Positions 9,962 to 19,124 of a DNA stretch of 64,000 bases are shown here, one piece after another (the stretch's first letter is position 1; each line of letters begins with the position of its first letter). The DNA lies in NCBI GenBank assembly GCA_944391695.1, contig CALXUO010000030.1, forward strand, positions 5,100 through 69,099, written 5' to 3'. Both the position numbers and the translations under genes were made by a program. Under the pieces are notes generated by a model. It was not told the origin of the DNA. It made no database searches and worked only from the letters and a program-made list of their open reading frames with translations. This DNA is from an uncultured Alphaproteobacteria bacterium (GTDB taxonomy: Bacteria > Pseudomonadota > Alphaproteobacteria > RF32 > CAG-239).

Positions 9962-11137
9962 ATGAGTGATTCCTTGTTTATTGAGATTGGTTCACACCAG
10001 GAACACAAAGCAACGGAGAGTTGTTTCGGTGATGCCATAGCTTCGGAAAAATTGCCAGAGGAGCAGAGAATTATTTCGGTGCTGTCGGATGGGTTGGGCA
10101 GCGGAGTTAAGGCTAATATATTGTCTTCCATGACAACAAGAATGGCTTTGAAATTTGTCGAAAGCGATTTGGATTTGGTGCGCTCAGCCGAGGTGATGAT
10201 GCAGGCGTTGCCGGTGTGTCAGATAAGAAAAATAAGTTATGCCACATTCTCAATTATTGACGCAACGCTTGAGGGTAAGACACGTATTTATGAGATGGAT
10301 AATCCGCAATGTTTTGTGGTACGCAATTTTGAGCAATATCATCCTTCGCACCATGAAATATCTTCGGATAACTGGAAAGACAGAGTGATAAATATTTATC
10401 AGTTTGTGGCTAAAGAAGAAGACAGAATTATTATAATGTCGGACGGAGTTACGCAGGCTGGACTTGGTAATCCTAAATATCCTTTGGGGTGGCAACGTGA
10501 AGGTGTTTGGAAATTTATTGAAAATCAAGTCAGACGTCATCCTCATATTTCTGCTAAAGATTTGGCTGAGACTATCGTGCATGAAGCCTTGGATAAAGAA
10601 CCGGAAGGAAAAGCCGGTGATGATATCAGCTGTACGGTGGTTTATTTTAGAAAGCCCAGAAAGCTTTTGCTTTTGAGCGGGCCGCCGTTTGATGAAGAAA
10701 AAGACCATGAAATTGCCGAAATGATTGATTATTATGATGGTAAAACCGCAATTTGCGGCGGAACTACCGCTAATATTATTGAGCGCGAGCTTTGTTTGAA
10801 ATGTGAAATGGATAAGACGACATTTGATCCCAATATTCCGATGGCATCGATTATGCCCGGTATTGATTTGGTAACAGAAGGTATTTTGACATTGACCGAA
10901 GTGTACCGTATGCTAAAAGAAGGAATCGATGAGGACAAGGATAATGCGGCTACCAGATTGGCAAAGCTTTTGCTTGATTCTGATAAAATAGATTTTGTTA
11001 TCGGTACCAAAATCAATGAAGCGCATCAGGATCCTAATTTGCCGATGGAGCTTGACATTCGCCGAAATATTGTTAAAAAGATTTTTAGGCTTTTGCAGAG
11101 CAAATACTTAAAAGAAATAAGTGTTAAGTACGTTTAA
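9962..11137 (+). CDS. PP2C-family serine phosphatase (SpoIIE/RsbU-like)
   Basis: 'VLSDGLGSGVKA' and 'MSDGVTQAG' metal-binding motifs of PPM phosphatases. Sits immediately after hydS, as in hfs-type clusters. Confidence 0.7.
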   Translation: MSDSLFIEIGSHQEHKATESCFGDAIASEKLPEEQRIISVLSDGLGSGVKANILSSMTTRMALKFVESDLDLVRSAEVMMQALPVCQIRKISYATFSIIDATLEGKTRIYEMDNPQCFVVRNFEQYHPSHHEISSDNWKDRVINIYQFVAKEEDRIIIMSDGVTQAGLGNPKYPLGWQREGVWKFIENQVRRHPHISAKDLAETIVHEALDKEPEGKAGDDISCTVVYFRKPRKLLLLSGPPFDEEKDHEIAEMIDYYDGKTAICGGTTANIIERELCLKCEMDKTTFDPNIPMASIMPGIDLVTEGILTLTEVYRMLKEGIDEDKDNAATRLAKLLLDSDKIDFVIGTKINEAHQDPNLPMELDIRRNIVKKIFRLLQSKYLKEISVKYV

Positions 11138-11159
11138 TTGAGAAAAAAGGATAAAGCAC

Positions 11160-11435
11160 ATGGAAAAAATACAAGTTAAACTTTGTGCCGGGACAGCCTG
11201 TTTTGTTATGGGAGCTCCGCAAATACAGGCTTTGGAGTTTGCCGCACCTTCCGATATTGCCGATAAAATAGAGGTGAAAGAAGTTAGGTGTATGAATCAT
11301 TGCAGCCAAGGTCAAGGTTATAACAAAGGGCCGTTTGTGGAGATTAACGGTGAAGTTATACAAGAGGCTACCTTGGAAAAAGTGGTTGCCAGAGTTAGAG
11401 AATTGATTGCCAAAGAGGAAGAAAAATCGTGTTAA
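11160..11435 (+). CDS. thioredoxin-like [2Fe-2S] ferredoxin (second copy)
   Basis: 'CAGTAC' ... 'CMNHC' gives the C-x4-C ... C-x3-C pattern. Overlaps the hydA start, suggesting translational coupling. Confidence 0.6.
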   Translation: MEKIQVKLCAGTACFVMGAPQIQALEFAAPSDIADKIEVKEVRCMNHCSQGQGYNKGPFVEINGEVIQEATLEKVVARVRELIAKEEEKSC

Positions 11436-12880
11436 TACCCAAAAATTATGCCAACCAAATGCGTAGCAGAATTCTGGTTAAAGTGGTTGAAAGCTTTTAT
11501 AAAGACAGATTTGAAACGGCCGATGAGATACCTATAGAAATGCGCCCGAAAGATTATGATTCCAGCAGGTGCTGCATTTATAAAGACAGGGCCATCTTAA
11601 AATACAGAATGATGGCGGCGATGGGCTTTACGCCGCAAGATGAAACAAACGAGGCAAAGCAGCTTAAAGATTATGGCAAAGAGGCGTTAAAAAGACAAAA
11701 TCATGCCAAAAGTTGTTTGGCGGTGATTGATATTGCTTGCTCGGCTTGTGTCAAATCGCAATATATGGTTACCGATGCGTGCCGGGGGTGTTTTGCCAGA
11801 CCTTGTGTGATGAATTGCCCTAAACAGGCGATTTCGATTGTTCATGGGCGTTCACACATTGACCCTGGTCTTTGTGTGTCGTGCGGAAAATGCATGGAAG
11901 TTTGTCCGTATCATGCAATTGTTAAGCTGCCGGTGCCGTGCGAGGAGGCTTGTCCGGTGGGGGCTATCAGAAAAGACGAGTTTGGGGTTGAGCATATTAA
12001 CGAGGATACCTGTATCTCTTGCGGCAAATGTTTGCAGTCTTGCCCATTTGGCGCAATTGTTGAACGCTCGCAATTGGTTGATGTCTTAAACCTTATTCAT
12101 AACAGTGATAAAAAGGTGGTGGCTATGTTGGCACCGGCGATTGTGGGACAGTTTCCGTTTGAAATCGGTCAGGTTGTCGGGGCTTTGAAAAAGGCTGGCT
12201 TTGACGATGTTATCGAGGTGGCGGCCGGGGCAGATGTTACATCTAAAAATGAGGCTGCCGAATTTATTGAAAGAATGAAAGAAGGCAAGAATTTTATGAC
12301 AACCTCTTGTTGTCCGGCTTATTACAGAGCTGCCAAGGTACATATTCCGGAGTTGGCGCCGTTTGTTTCTAACACCAAAACACCAATGTATTATGCTGCA
12401 GAAATGCTTAAAAAAGAGCAACCTGACAGTGTATCGGTATTTGTTGGTCCTTGTTTGGCCAAGAGAACCGAGGCGGAATATGATCCTAATGTTGATTATG
12501 TTTTGACCTTTGAAGAAATAGGTGCGATGTTTGTTGGTGCCGGAATTGAAATCGGCGATTGTGAAGCTCAAGAATTTGCCAAAGTATCGTCAGCTCAAGG
12601 GCGAAACTATCCGCTTTCGGGCGGAGTAGCCGGAGCGGTTGGTAATTTGGTGGACGGCAAGGTCGATTTTAGGCCGGAAAGAATTGACGGATTGAGCAAA
12701 GAAAATATGAAGTTGCTTAAGAAATACGCTACCAAAGGCTCAGAGAACAATATGATTGAAGTTATGTGTTGTGAGGGCGGATGTGTGGCAGGGCCTGGTT
12801 GTATTGCTTTGGCCAAAAAGGCAGCACGGCAAATTGAAACCTATGTTGCTCAAGGTACTAACCAAAAAGACATGAAATAG
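11429..12880 (+). CDS. hydA: [FeFe]-hydrogenase catalytic subunit with ferredoxin-like 4Fe-4S domains
   Basis: Canonical H-cluster motifs: L1 'TTSCCPAYY', L2 'VGPCLAKRTE', L3 'MCCEGGCVAGPGC'. Three CxxCxxCxxxCP clusters. Unusual N-terminal extension with a 'SSRCCIYKD' motif. Start is GTG at 11429 or ATG at 11459. Confidence 0.85.
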   Translation: MLIPKNYANQMRSRILVKVVESFYKDRFETADEIPIEMRPKDYDSSRCCIYKDRAILKYRMMAAMGFTPQDETNEAKQLKDYGKEALKRQNHAKSCLAVIDIACSACVKSQYMVTDACRGCFARPCVMNCPKQAISIVHGRSHIDPGLCVSCGKCMEVCPYHAIVKLPVPCEEACPVGAIRKDEFGVEHINEDTCISCGKCLQSCPFGAIVERSQLVDVLNLIHNSDKKVVAMLAPAIVGQFPFEIGQVVGALKKAGFDDVIEVAAGADVTSKNEAAEFIERMKEGKNFMTTSCCPAYYRAAKVHIPELAPFVSNTKTPMYYAAEMLKKEQPDSVSVFVGPCLAKRTEAEYDPNVDYVLTFEEIGAMFVGAGIEIGDCEAQEFAKVSSAQGRNYPLSGGVAGAVGNLVDGKVDFRPERIDGLSKENMKLLKKYATKGSENNMIEVMCCEGGCVAGPGCIALAKKAARQIETYVAQGTNQKDMK

Positions 12881-12884
12881 AAGA

Positions 12885-12918
12885 AAAATCCCTTTGAGTG
12901 ATTCAAAGGGATTTTTTT
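12885..12918. terminator. bidirectional rho-independent terminator (hydA / proS convergent)
   Basis: 13-bp perfect stem aaaatccctttga / tcaaagggatttt, loop gtgat, then TTTTTTT. Confidence 0.75.
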
Positions 12919-12960
12919 CATGATTAAATTTAAGCCCCGATGATTTCGGTGCTTTAGAGT

Positions 12961-14478
12961 TTAGTAGCATCTGGCGTAGATTACATCCATGGTTGCAGGT
13001 TTGCCAGTTAAAAGACACTCGCCGGTAGTTTCGCTTTGGTCAAAGGGCAGGCAACGGATGGTGATTTTCATCTGTTTTAAGATTTCTTCCGTTTCCGGAT
13101 CACCGCACCATTTGCCGCGCACAAAAGCAACTTTGCCCTTTTTGCCGTCTTCAATCCATTCGTTGGCATTGGCAAAATAGTCGGCAAAAGCTTGTTTGGT
13201 GGTGATATCGGTGCGGATGTTGTCATCCAAGCGCTTTTTGGCTCGTGCAAACATCTCGTTTTGAATATTTTCAAGATATTTAGTTGCTTGGGCAACAAAA
13301 TCTGATTTGGCGATGACTTGTTTGCCTTGAGGCGTATTGATATAGATACGTTGTTTTAACATCAGGTTATTGCCGTCTACATCGCGTTTGCCAATCTCTA
13401 AAATTATCGGAGCGCCTTTTTTGGTCCATTCCCAGAATTTATCGACAGATGGCTTGTCGCGTTTGTCAAGTTTAATGCGGATTTTTTCGCCAAAAGGAGT
13501 TTGCTTCATTAAATCTGCTTGCAGGCCCTTGATATAGGCCATAACTGCATCGGTATCATCGGCATTTTTAATTACCGGAATAATCACAATTTGATAAGGC
13601 GCAATCTTGGGCGGAGTTACCATACCTTCGTCATCGGCATGGGTCATAATCAAGCCGCCGATTAAGCGAGTTGATACGCCCCAAGAAGTGGTGTAGGCAA
13701 ATTCTTGTTGATTGTTTTTGTTGACAAACGAAATATTGGCCGCCTTGGCAAAATTTTGCCCTAAGAAATGCGAGGTTCCGGCTTGCAGGGCTTTGCCGTC
13801 TTGCATCATGGCTTCAACACAGTAGGTGTCTACGGCACCGGGAAATTTGTCGTATTCAGGTTTGCGACCGCATATTACCGGCATAGCCAAAGTTTGTTCG
13901 CAAAGCTCTTTATAAGCTTCAAGCATGGTAGTAGTTTCCTCTAAAGCCTCCTCGGCTGAGGCGTGTGCTGTATGTCCTTCTTGCCATAAAAATTCGCGAG
14001 TGCGCAAAAACAGGCGAGGGCGCATCTCCCATCTTACCACATTGGCCCATTGGTTGACCAATACAGGCAAATCGCGATAGGATTTGACCCATTTGGAAAA
14101 AGAATCGGCAATAATGGCCTCGGATGTCGGGCGGACAATCAAAGGTTCTTCCAGTTTGGAAGAAGGGGTAAGTTTGCCGTTTTCCATAGCAAGGCGCGAG
14201 TGCGTTACAACCGCCATTTCTTTGGCAAATCCCTCAACATGCTCAGCTTCTTTTTGGAAGAAAGAAAGCGGAATAAACATTGGAAAATAGCAGTTTTCAT
14301 GGTCGGTAGATTTAATCTTTTCATCAAATACGTCGCGGATGCGCTCCCAGATACCATAGCCCCAAGGTTTTATGACCATGCAGCCGGGAGATGATGAGTT
14401 TTCGGCCATGTCAGATTCTGATACTACGGCTTGATACCATTCGGGATAATTGTCTTGGCGTAATTTTTTTAGTGTCAT
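12961..14478 (-). CDS. proS: prolyl-tRNA synthetase, eukaryote/archaeal-like type (no editing insertion, C-terminal Zn-binding domain)
   Basis: Class II motifs throughout. C-terminal '...IYARCY'. This ProRS type is typical of alphaproteobacteria. Confidence 0.95.
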   Translation of the reverse strand: MTLKKLRQDNYPEWYQAVVSESDMAENSSSPGCMVIKPWGYGIWERIRDVFDEKIKSTDHENCYFPMFIPLSFFQKEAEHVEGFAKEMAVVTHSRLAMENGKLTPSSKLEEPLIVRPTSEAIIADSFSKWVKSYRDLPVLVNQWANVVRWEMRPRLFLRTREFLWQEGHTAHASAEEALEETTTMLEAYKELCEQTLAMPVICGRKPEYDKFPGAVDTYCVEAMMQDGKALQAGTSHFLGQNFAKAANISFVNKNNQQEFAYTTSWGVSTRLIGGLIMTHADDEGMVTPPKIAPYQIVIIPVIKNADDTDAVMAYIKGLQADLMKQTPFGEKIRIKLDKRDKPSVDKFWEWTKKGAPIILEIGKRDVDGNNLMLKQRIYINTPQGKQVIAKSDFVAQATKYLENIQNEMFARAKKRLDDNIRTDITTKQAFADYFANANEWIEDGKKGKVAFVRGKWCGDPETEEILKQMKITIRCLPFDQSETTGECLLTGKPATMDVIYARCY

Positions 14479-14732
14479 AATGTTTATTCCTTTTCTTCAT
14501 AACGTAATGAAAGACCCACACCCCCATTGGTGCGAGCCTGTGAGGCTTTATGTATAACATATTTTTTATTTTTGTGAAGTGTTTTTATGCGCAAAGTAGT
14601 TTGTTAATTTTTAAGAATGTTTGTAAATATATCTTGCCAAGCTCAAAATAGTGTATTAAAGTTAGTGTCATGATGAAAATCATGAGGCGTTGAGGCCTTT
14701 GTATTAACCTGTTTTATGTGAGGATATTCGAG

Positions 14733-14951
14733 ATGGCAACAGGAACAGTTAAATGGTTTAACAAGAAAAAAGGTTATGGTTTTATTACTCCGGATGAGGG
14801 CGGAAATGATGTATTTGTTCATATTACCGCTGTTAAGGCTGCCGGTATGTATACTTTGCAGGAAGGTGCAAAGGTAAGTTACGAGCTGAAGACAGAAAGA
14901 GAAAAAACTGTTGCCGGCGATTTGAAGTTGGTTGAAGAGGCTAATTCGTAA
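14733..14951 (+). CDS. cspA: cold-shock protein (CspA family)
   Basis: '[30 protein letters not shown]' with RNP1/RNP2 motifs. RBS GAGGA precedes ATG 14733; GTG 14718 is an artifact. Long (~250 nt) 5' leader. Confidence 0.9.
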   Translation: MATGTVKWFNKKKGYGFITPDEGGNDVFVHITAVKAAGMYTLQEGAKVSYELKTEREKTVAGDLKLVEEANS

Positions 14952-14976
14952 ATCGCAAGTCTCGGTTAGACAAATA

Positions 14977-15003
14977 AAAGCCCCGTTTTTTTACGGGGCT
15001 TTT
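14977..15003. terminator. bidirectional terminator (cspA / rbr convergent)
   Basis: Stem aaaagccccg / cggggcttt with a U-rich loop, followed by TTTT. Confidence 0.6.
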
Positions 15004-15011
15004 CGTTTTAA

Positions 15012-15551
15012 TTAGAACTGCTCTTGCAATTCAAAAAAGTATGCTTGCGGATGATCGCAAACCGGGCATTTTTCCGGTGCAGAAGGAGCTTCTACACGGT
15101 GGCCACAGTTGGCGCACTCCCATATAACTTTGGTTGGACGATTGAATATGGTGCCTTCTTCCAAAGATTTGAGCAGAGCTTGATAACGCTCCTCATGGCC
15201 TTTCTCTATCTTGCCTACCATCTCAAAAAGAGCGGCAATTTTGGTGAAGCCTTCTTCTTTGGCTTCTTTGGCCATGCGGGCATACATATCGGTCCACTCG
15301 TAGTTCTCACCGGCGGCAGCATCTTTTAAGTTGGCCATGGTGGAAGGAACTTCGCCGCCGTGAAGAAGCTTGAACCAAATTTTGGCATGTTCTTTTTCAT
15401 TATTGGCGGTTTGTTCAAATTTGTCTGCTATGATGTTATAGCCTTCTTTTTTGGCTTTGGAGGCATAATAGGTATATTTGTTGCGGGCTTGAGATTCGCC
15501 GGCAAATGCTTCCATTAAGTTCTTTTCGGTTTTAGAGCCTTTGAGTTCCAT
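15012..15551 (-). CDS. rbr: rubrerythrin
   Basis: Ferritin-like diiron domain (ExxH motifs) plus C-terminal rubredoxin-like 'CANCGH...CPVCDH'. Confidence 0.9.
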   Translation of the reverse strand: MELKGSKTEKNLMEAFAGESQARNKYTYYASKAKKEGYNIIADKFEQTANNEKEHAKIWFKLLHGGEVPSTMANLKDAAAGENYEWTDMYARMAKEAKEEGFTKIAALFEMVGKIEKGHEERYQALLKSLEEGTIFNRPTKVIWECANCGHRVEAPSAPEKCPVCDHPQAYFFELQEQF

Positions 15552-15569
15552 CGTTTTCTCCTTTAGTTG

Positions 15570-15959
15570 TTATAAGTTTTGGTTTAATCGGAGGCAGTCA
15601 GGGCAGATTCCTTTTAAGGATATGTCTGCACTTTCTACTGCCAGACCTGTTTGATCTGTAATCTGCTGGATAAAAGACGGAAGAATGTTGCTGTCAATGT
15701 CTATTATGCGAGAGCAGGAAGTACAGATAAAATGGTAGTGCTTGACCAAAGTATGGTCAAAGCGGGCAACCTTGTCAATATGAGAAAGTTTGCGTATCAT
15801 GCCGTTTTCGGCTAGTCGATTTAGGTTGCGGTATACGGTTGCCAAGCTGATGTTGTCGTCTTTTTGACGCACAAGTGCAAAAATCTGTTCTGCCGTCGGG
15901 TGGCAGGGATTTTGCCTCAGAGTGTCTAGAATTAGAGAACGTTGCTTGGAATATTTCAA
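15570..15959 (-). CDS. perR: Fur-family metalloregulator, PerR-like (peroxide stress)
   Basis: Fur fold with 'HHF' and 'CTSCSRI' Zn site. Directly upstream of rbr and divergent from the FDP gene. Apparent TTG start, with no in-frame ATG upstream. Confidence 0.7.
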   Translation of the reverse strand: MKYSKQRSLILDTLRQNPCHPTAEQIFALVRQKDDNISLATVYRNLNRLAENGMIRKLSHIDKVARFDHTLVKHYHFICTSCSRIIDIDSNILPSFIQQITDQTGLAVESADISLKGICPDCLRLNQNL

Positions 15960-15985
15960 ATTTTTACCTTGTGTATAAAATTAAG

Positions 15986-15998
15986 AATGATTATCATT
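15986..15998. promoter_or_regulatory. Fur/PerR-box-like palindrome AATGATtATCATT in the perR / FDP divergent promoter
   Basis: One mismatch from the core of the E. coli Fur box (AATGATAATCATT). Lies 27 nt upstream of the perR start. Confidence 0.45.
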
Positions 15999-16080
15999 TT
16001 TAATAAAATTATTTTATCTTGTCAATCAAAATAAAAAGCTTATCTTATAGTCATATGTAAATTTTTAAGGAGAAATGCGA

Positions 16081-17259
16081 ATGAAAGCCGTTGAGATAAA
16101 AAAAGATATATTTTGGGTGGGTGCTAAAGATTGGAATTTGAGAGAATTCCACGGGTATAACACGCCGGATGGATCAACCTACAATAGTTATTTGATTATG
16201 GATGACAAGATTACTTTGGTTGACGGAGTTAAGGCTTATATGAGCAATGAGCAGATTGCAAGAGTTAAATCCGTAATCGATTTTTCTAAAATAAATTATC
16301 TAATCGTTAATCATGTGGAGCAAGACCATTCGGGAAGTGTGCCGGAGATTATGAAATTGGCTCCGCAGGCGATAATTGTTACCAATGCCGCGGGTAAAAT
16401 GGCTTTGGAGGCGCATTTTGACACGACAGGCTGGCAATATCATATTGTTAAGACCGGCGATGTGCTTAATATCGGCAAACGTAACTTGAGTTTCTTGACA
16501 ACGCCGATGCTGCATTGGCCGGATTCAATGATGACCTATGTGGCAGAGGATAAACTATTGTTGCCCAATGACGGATTTGGTCAACACTTGTGCTGTGAGG
16601 CTTTGATGGTTAGGGATTATCCTAATGATTTGGTAGTTAAAGCAGCCAAAAGTTATTATGCCAATATTTTGTTTCCCTATGGTATGCAGGCCGAAAAAGC
16701 TTTGTCTTCGGCAGCCGAGATGAAGCTTGATATTGATATGATTGCGCCATCGCACGGGCTTATTTGGTCGGGCAAAGATGAGGTTAATCAAATTTTGTCG
16801 CTTTATGCCGATTGGGCCAAAGGCAAAACGGTTAAAAAAGCAGTGATAGCTTATGATACGATGTGGGGGGCAACCGCAAAATTGGCCGAGGCGGCCATGG
16901 CCGAATTTCAGGATGAAGGAATCGAGGTGGTTAAGCACAATTTGGGGGTCAGCCATATCTCTGATGTTATGACCGATATCTTGGATGCCGAATATGTTTT
17001 GGTCGGGACACCAACACTTAATAATCAAATCTTTCCTCGGGTGGCGGCGTTTTTGACCTATATGAAAGGCCTTGCGCCCAAGGGAAAGAAAGGACTGGCT
17101 TTTGGTTCCTACGGCTGGCGGCCGGGGGTTGTTAAAGAGGTCAAACAAGTGATGGATGATCTCGGTTGGCAGACGGCAGAAGTTTTTGAAGAAAAGTATA
17201 CGCCGAAGTCTGATATTTTGAATCAGTTTGCGGAAAAAGTTAAAGCTTTTATCGGATAA
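16081..17259 (+). CDS. flavodiiron protein (A-type FDP; O2/NO reductase, metallo-beta-lactamase plus flavodoxin domains)
   Basis: 'HxExDH' diiron motif ('NHVEQDHSG') and a C-terminal flavodoxin-like domain. RBS AAGGAG spaced correctly for ATG 16081. Confidence 0.85.
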   Translation: MKAVEIKKDIFWVGAKDWNLREFHGYNTPDGSTYNSYLIMDDKITLVDGVKAYMSNEQIARVKSVIDFSKINYLIVNHVEQDHSGSVPEIMKLAPQAIIVTNAAGKMALEAHFDTTGWQYHIVKTGDVLNIGKRNLSFLTTPMLHWPDSMMTYVAEDKLLLPNDGFGQHLCCEALMVRDYPNDLVVKAAKSYYANILFPYGMQAEKALSSAAEMKLDIDMIAPSHGLIWSGKDEVNQILSLYADWAKGKTVKKAVIAYDTMWGATAKLAEAAMAEFQDEGIEVVKHNLGVSHISDVMTDILDAEYVLVGTPTLNNQIFPRVAAFLTYMKGLAPKGKKGLAFGSYGWRPGVVKEVKQVMDDLGWQTAEVFEEKYTPKSDILNQFAEKVKAFIG

Positions 17260-17351
17260 TGAAAAAGTAAAAAAAAAACTTGTTTTTTGTCGAATTTTGT
17301 GCTAGAGAGCACAAAGTGTCGGATCAATTTTCTTTTATAAGGAAGCAAAAG

Positions 17352-18281
17352 ATGGAACAAAAAAGTGTTCGAATAGGGCAGATTGAAATTAATAACCGCA
17401 AGGCTTTTTCTTTGTTGTGCGGACCGTGTCAGATTGAGAGTAAGCAACACGCCGCGGATATTTGCGGCGCGATGTGCGAGATTACCAAAGAGTTGGACAT
17501 TCCTTATGTCTTTAAGGCCTCGTTTGACAAAGCCAATCGCTCGTCAATTCGTGGCGCGCGCGGTGTCGGTCTCGAAAAAGGGATGGAAACGTTTGACGAA
17601 ATTAAAAAGCTTTATAATAATATTCCGATTGTGACCGATGTGCATGAGCCGTGGCAATGTGCCGAGGTTGCTCAGCATGTTGATATGTTGCAAATTCCGG
17701 CTTTTTTGTGCCGCCAGACCGATTTGGTGGTGGCCGCAGCCAAGACCGGAAAAGTTATCAATATCAAAAAAGGCCAGTTTTTGGCGCCGGAAGATATGAA
17801 AAACGCGGTGCAGAAATGCTTGGATGCCGGTAATGAACAAGTCTGCCTGACTGAGCGCGGCGTTTCGTTCGGGTATCATACATTGGTGGTGGATATGACG
17901 GGTTTTTCCGTTATGGCCAAGACAACCGGGTGTCCGGTTATTTTTGACGCGACGCATTCGGTGCAAAAACCCGGCGGGTTGGGAACATCTACCGGAGGTA
18001 ATCGGGAATTGGCTCCGGTATTGGCCAGAGCGGCAATTGCAGCCGGAGTCGGCGGGTTGTTTTTTGAAACCCACGAAAACCCCGACAAGGCTTTATCTGA
18101 CGGACCGAATACCATTGCTCTTAAGGATATGAAACCGATTTTGGCGTATTTGAAAGAGTATGATTTGATTACAAAATCAAAAATTACGGATTATTACAGC
18201 GAAACAGCCTCTAATCTGGCTGATTTTGGCGCGGCTTATCAGGCCATACAGGCGCAGAAAGAGGGCAAAAAAACAGCCTGA
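17352..18281 (+). CDS. kdsA: 2-dehydro-3-deoxyphosphooctonate aldolase (KDO8P synthase)
   Basis: 'FSLLCGPCQIES', 'VFKASFDKANRSS' and 'DATHSVQ' are characteristic of KdsA. ATG 17352 with RBS AAGGAAG; the upstream TTG extension is an artifact. Confidence 0.85.
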   Translation: MEQKSVRIGQIEINNRKAFSLLCGPCQIESKQHAADICGAMCEITKELDIPYVFKASFDKANRSSIRGARGVGLEKGMETFDEIKKLYNNIPIVTDVHEPWQCAEVAQHVDMLQIPAFLCRQTDLVVAAAKTGKVINIKKGQFLAPEDMKNAVQKCLDAGNEQVCLTERGVSFGYHTLVVDMTGFSVMAKTTGCPVIFDATHSVQKPGGLGTSTGGNRELAPVLARAAIAAGVGGLFFETHENPDKALSDGPNTIALKDMKPILAYLKEYDLITKSKITDYYSETASNLADFGAAYQAIQAQKEGKKTA

Positions 18282-18305
18282 CAGCGGCTTTATGGTTCAA
18301 AGACG

Positions 18306-18337
18306 GCTCCGATTGTATGATTCGGAGCTTTCTTTTT
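18306..18337 (+). terminator. rho-independent terminator after kdsA
   Basis: Stem gctccga / tcggagc, 9-nt loop, then TTTCTTTTT. Confidence 0.6.
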
Positions 18338-18396
18338 GGTTGATTAATATCTTCGGATGATTGACGAAACATAAGGTTAATGATATGGCTTAAGGT

Positions 18397-19122
18397 ATGA
18401 AATTTGTTGACGAGGGCTATATCATTCATTGCCGCAAACACGGCGAAAATTCGCTTATTTTGACCGTTTTATGCAAAGAATACGGCAAGGTGTGCGGTTA
18501 TGTCAGATCGGGCCTCAATAAAAAGACATTGGCGGTTTTTCAACCCGGAAATAAAGTTAAAATTGATGCCTGGTCGCGGGTGGATGACAATATGCTGTCA
18601 TTGAAGGTGGAATTGATTACACCATATGCGGTTAATTTTTTGGATAATGCAGACAAGCTTCAAGCTTTGTCGTGTTTTTGTGCGCTTAGTAATGCTTGTT
18701 TGCCCGAACTACAACCATTAGACAGATTTTATTACTGGGCTGAGAGTTTTGTTAATCTAATAGATGAAGATAATTGGATAATTCATTATTCTTTCTTTGA
18801 ATTTTATTTGCTAGAGTTTTTGGGTATAGGGCTTGATTTGAGCGAGTGTGCAGCAACGGGGACAAGAGAAAATTTGGAGTTTGTCTCGCCAAAAAGCGCT
18901 AAGGCCGTTTGTTTGGATGCGGGGAGGCCGTATAAAGACAAAATGTTTAGATTCCCGCATTTTATTGTGGAAAAAAATTATTATCCCGAACAATCGGAAG
19001 TGGCGGATTTGCTTAATATGACGGAGTTTTTCCTCAAAAAAAATTTTTTTGCAATTCATAACTTGAAATTTCCGGAATGTCGTGTTAATTTGGCTCAAAT
19101 TGTTGAAAATACTCAAGGATAG
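18397..19122 (+). CDS. recO: DNA repair protein RecO
   Basis: N-terminal OB-fold. '[27 protein letters not shown]' matches the alphaproteobacterial RecO Zn-region consensus. Confidence 0.8.
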   Translation: MKFVDEGYIIHCRKHGENSLILTVLCKEYGKVCGYVRSGLNKKTLAVFQPGNKVKIDAWSRVDDNMLSLKVELITPYAVNFLDNADKLQALSCFCALSNACLPELQPLDRFYYWAESFVNLIDEDNWIIHYSFFEFYLLEFLGIGLDLSECAATGTRENLEFVSPKSAKAVCLDAGRPYKDKMFRFPHFIVEKNYYPEQSEVADLLNMTEFFLKKNFFAIHNLKFPECRVNLAQIVENTQG

Positions 19123-19124
19123 CA

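Noticed and set aside
12086-12571. 161-aa minus-strand ORF inside hydA
   Set aside because: It is antisense to the catalytic hydrogenase, which carries canonical H-cluster motifs. No motif was found, so this is a shadow ORF.
14479-14732. Possible T-box or riboswitch in the proS / cspA divergent intergenic region
   Set aside because: No specifier or T-box consensus, and no riboswitch core motifs, were recognisable. Only short hairpins were seen. Alphaproteobacterial proS is not T-box regulated.
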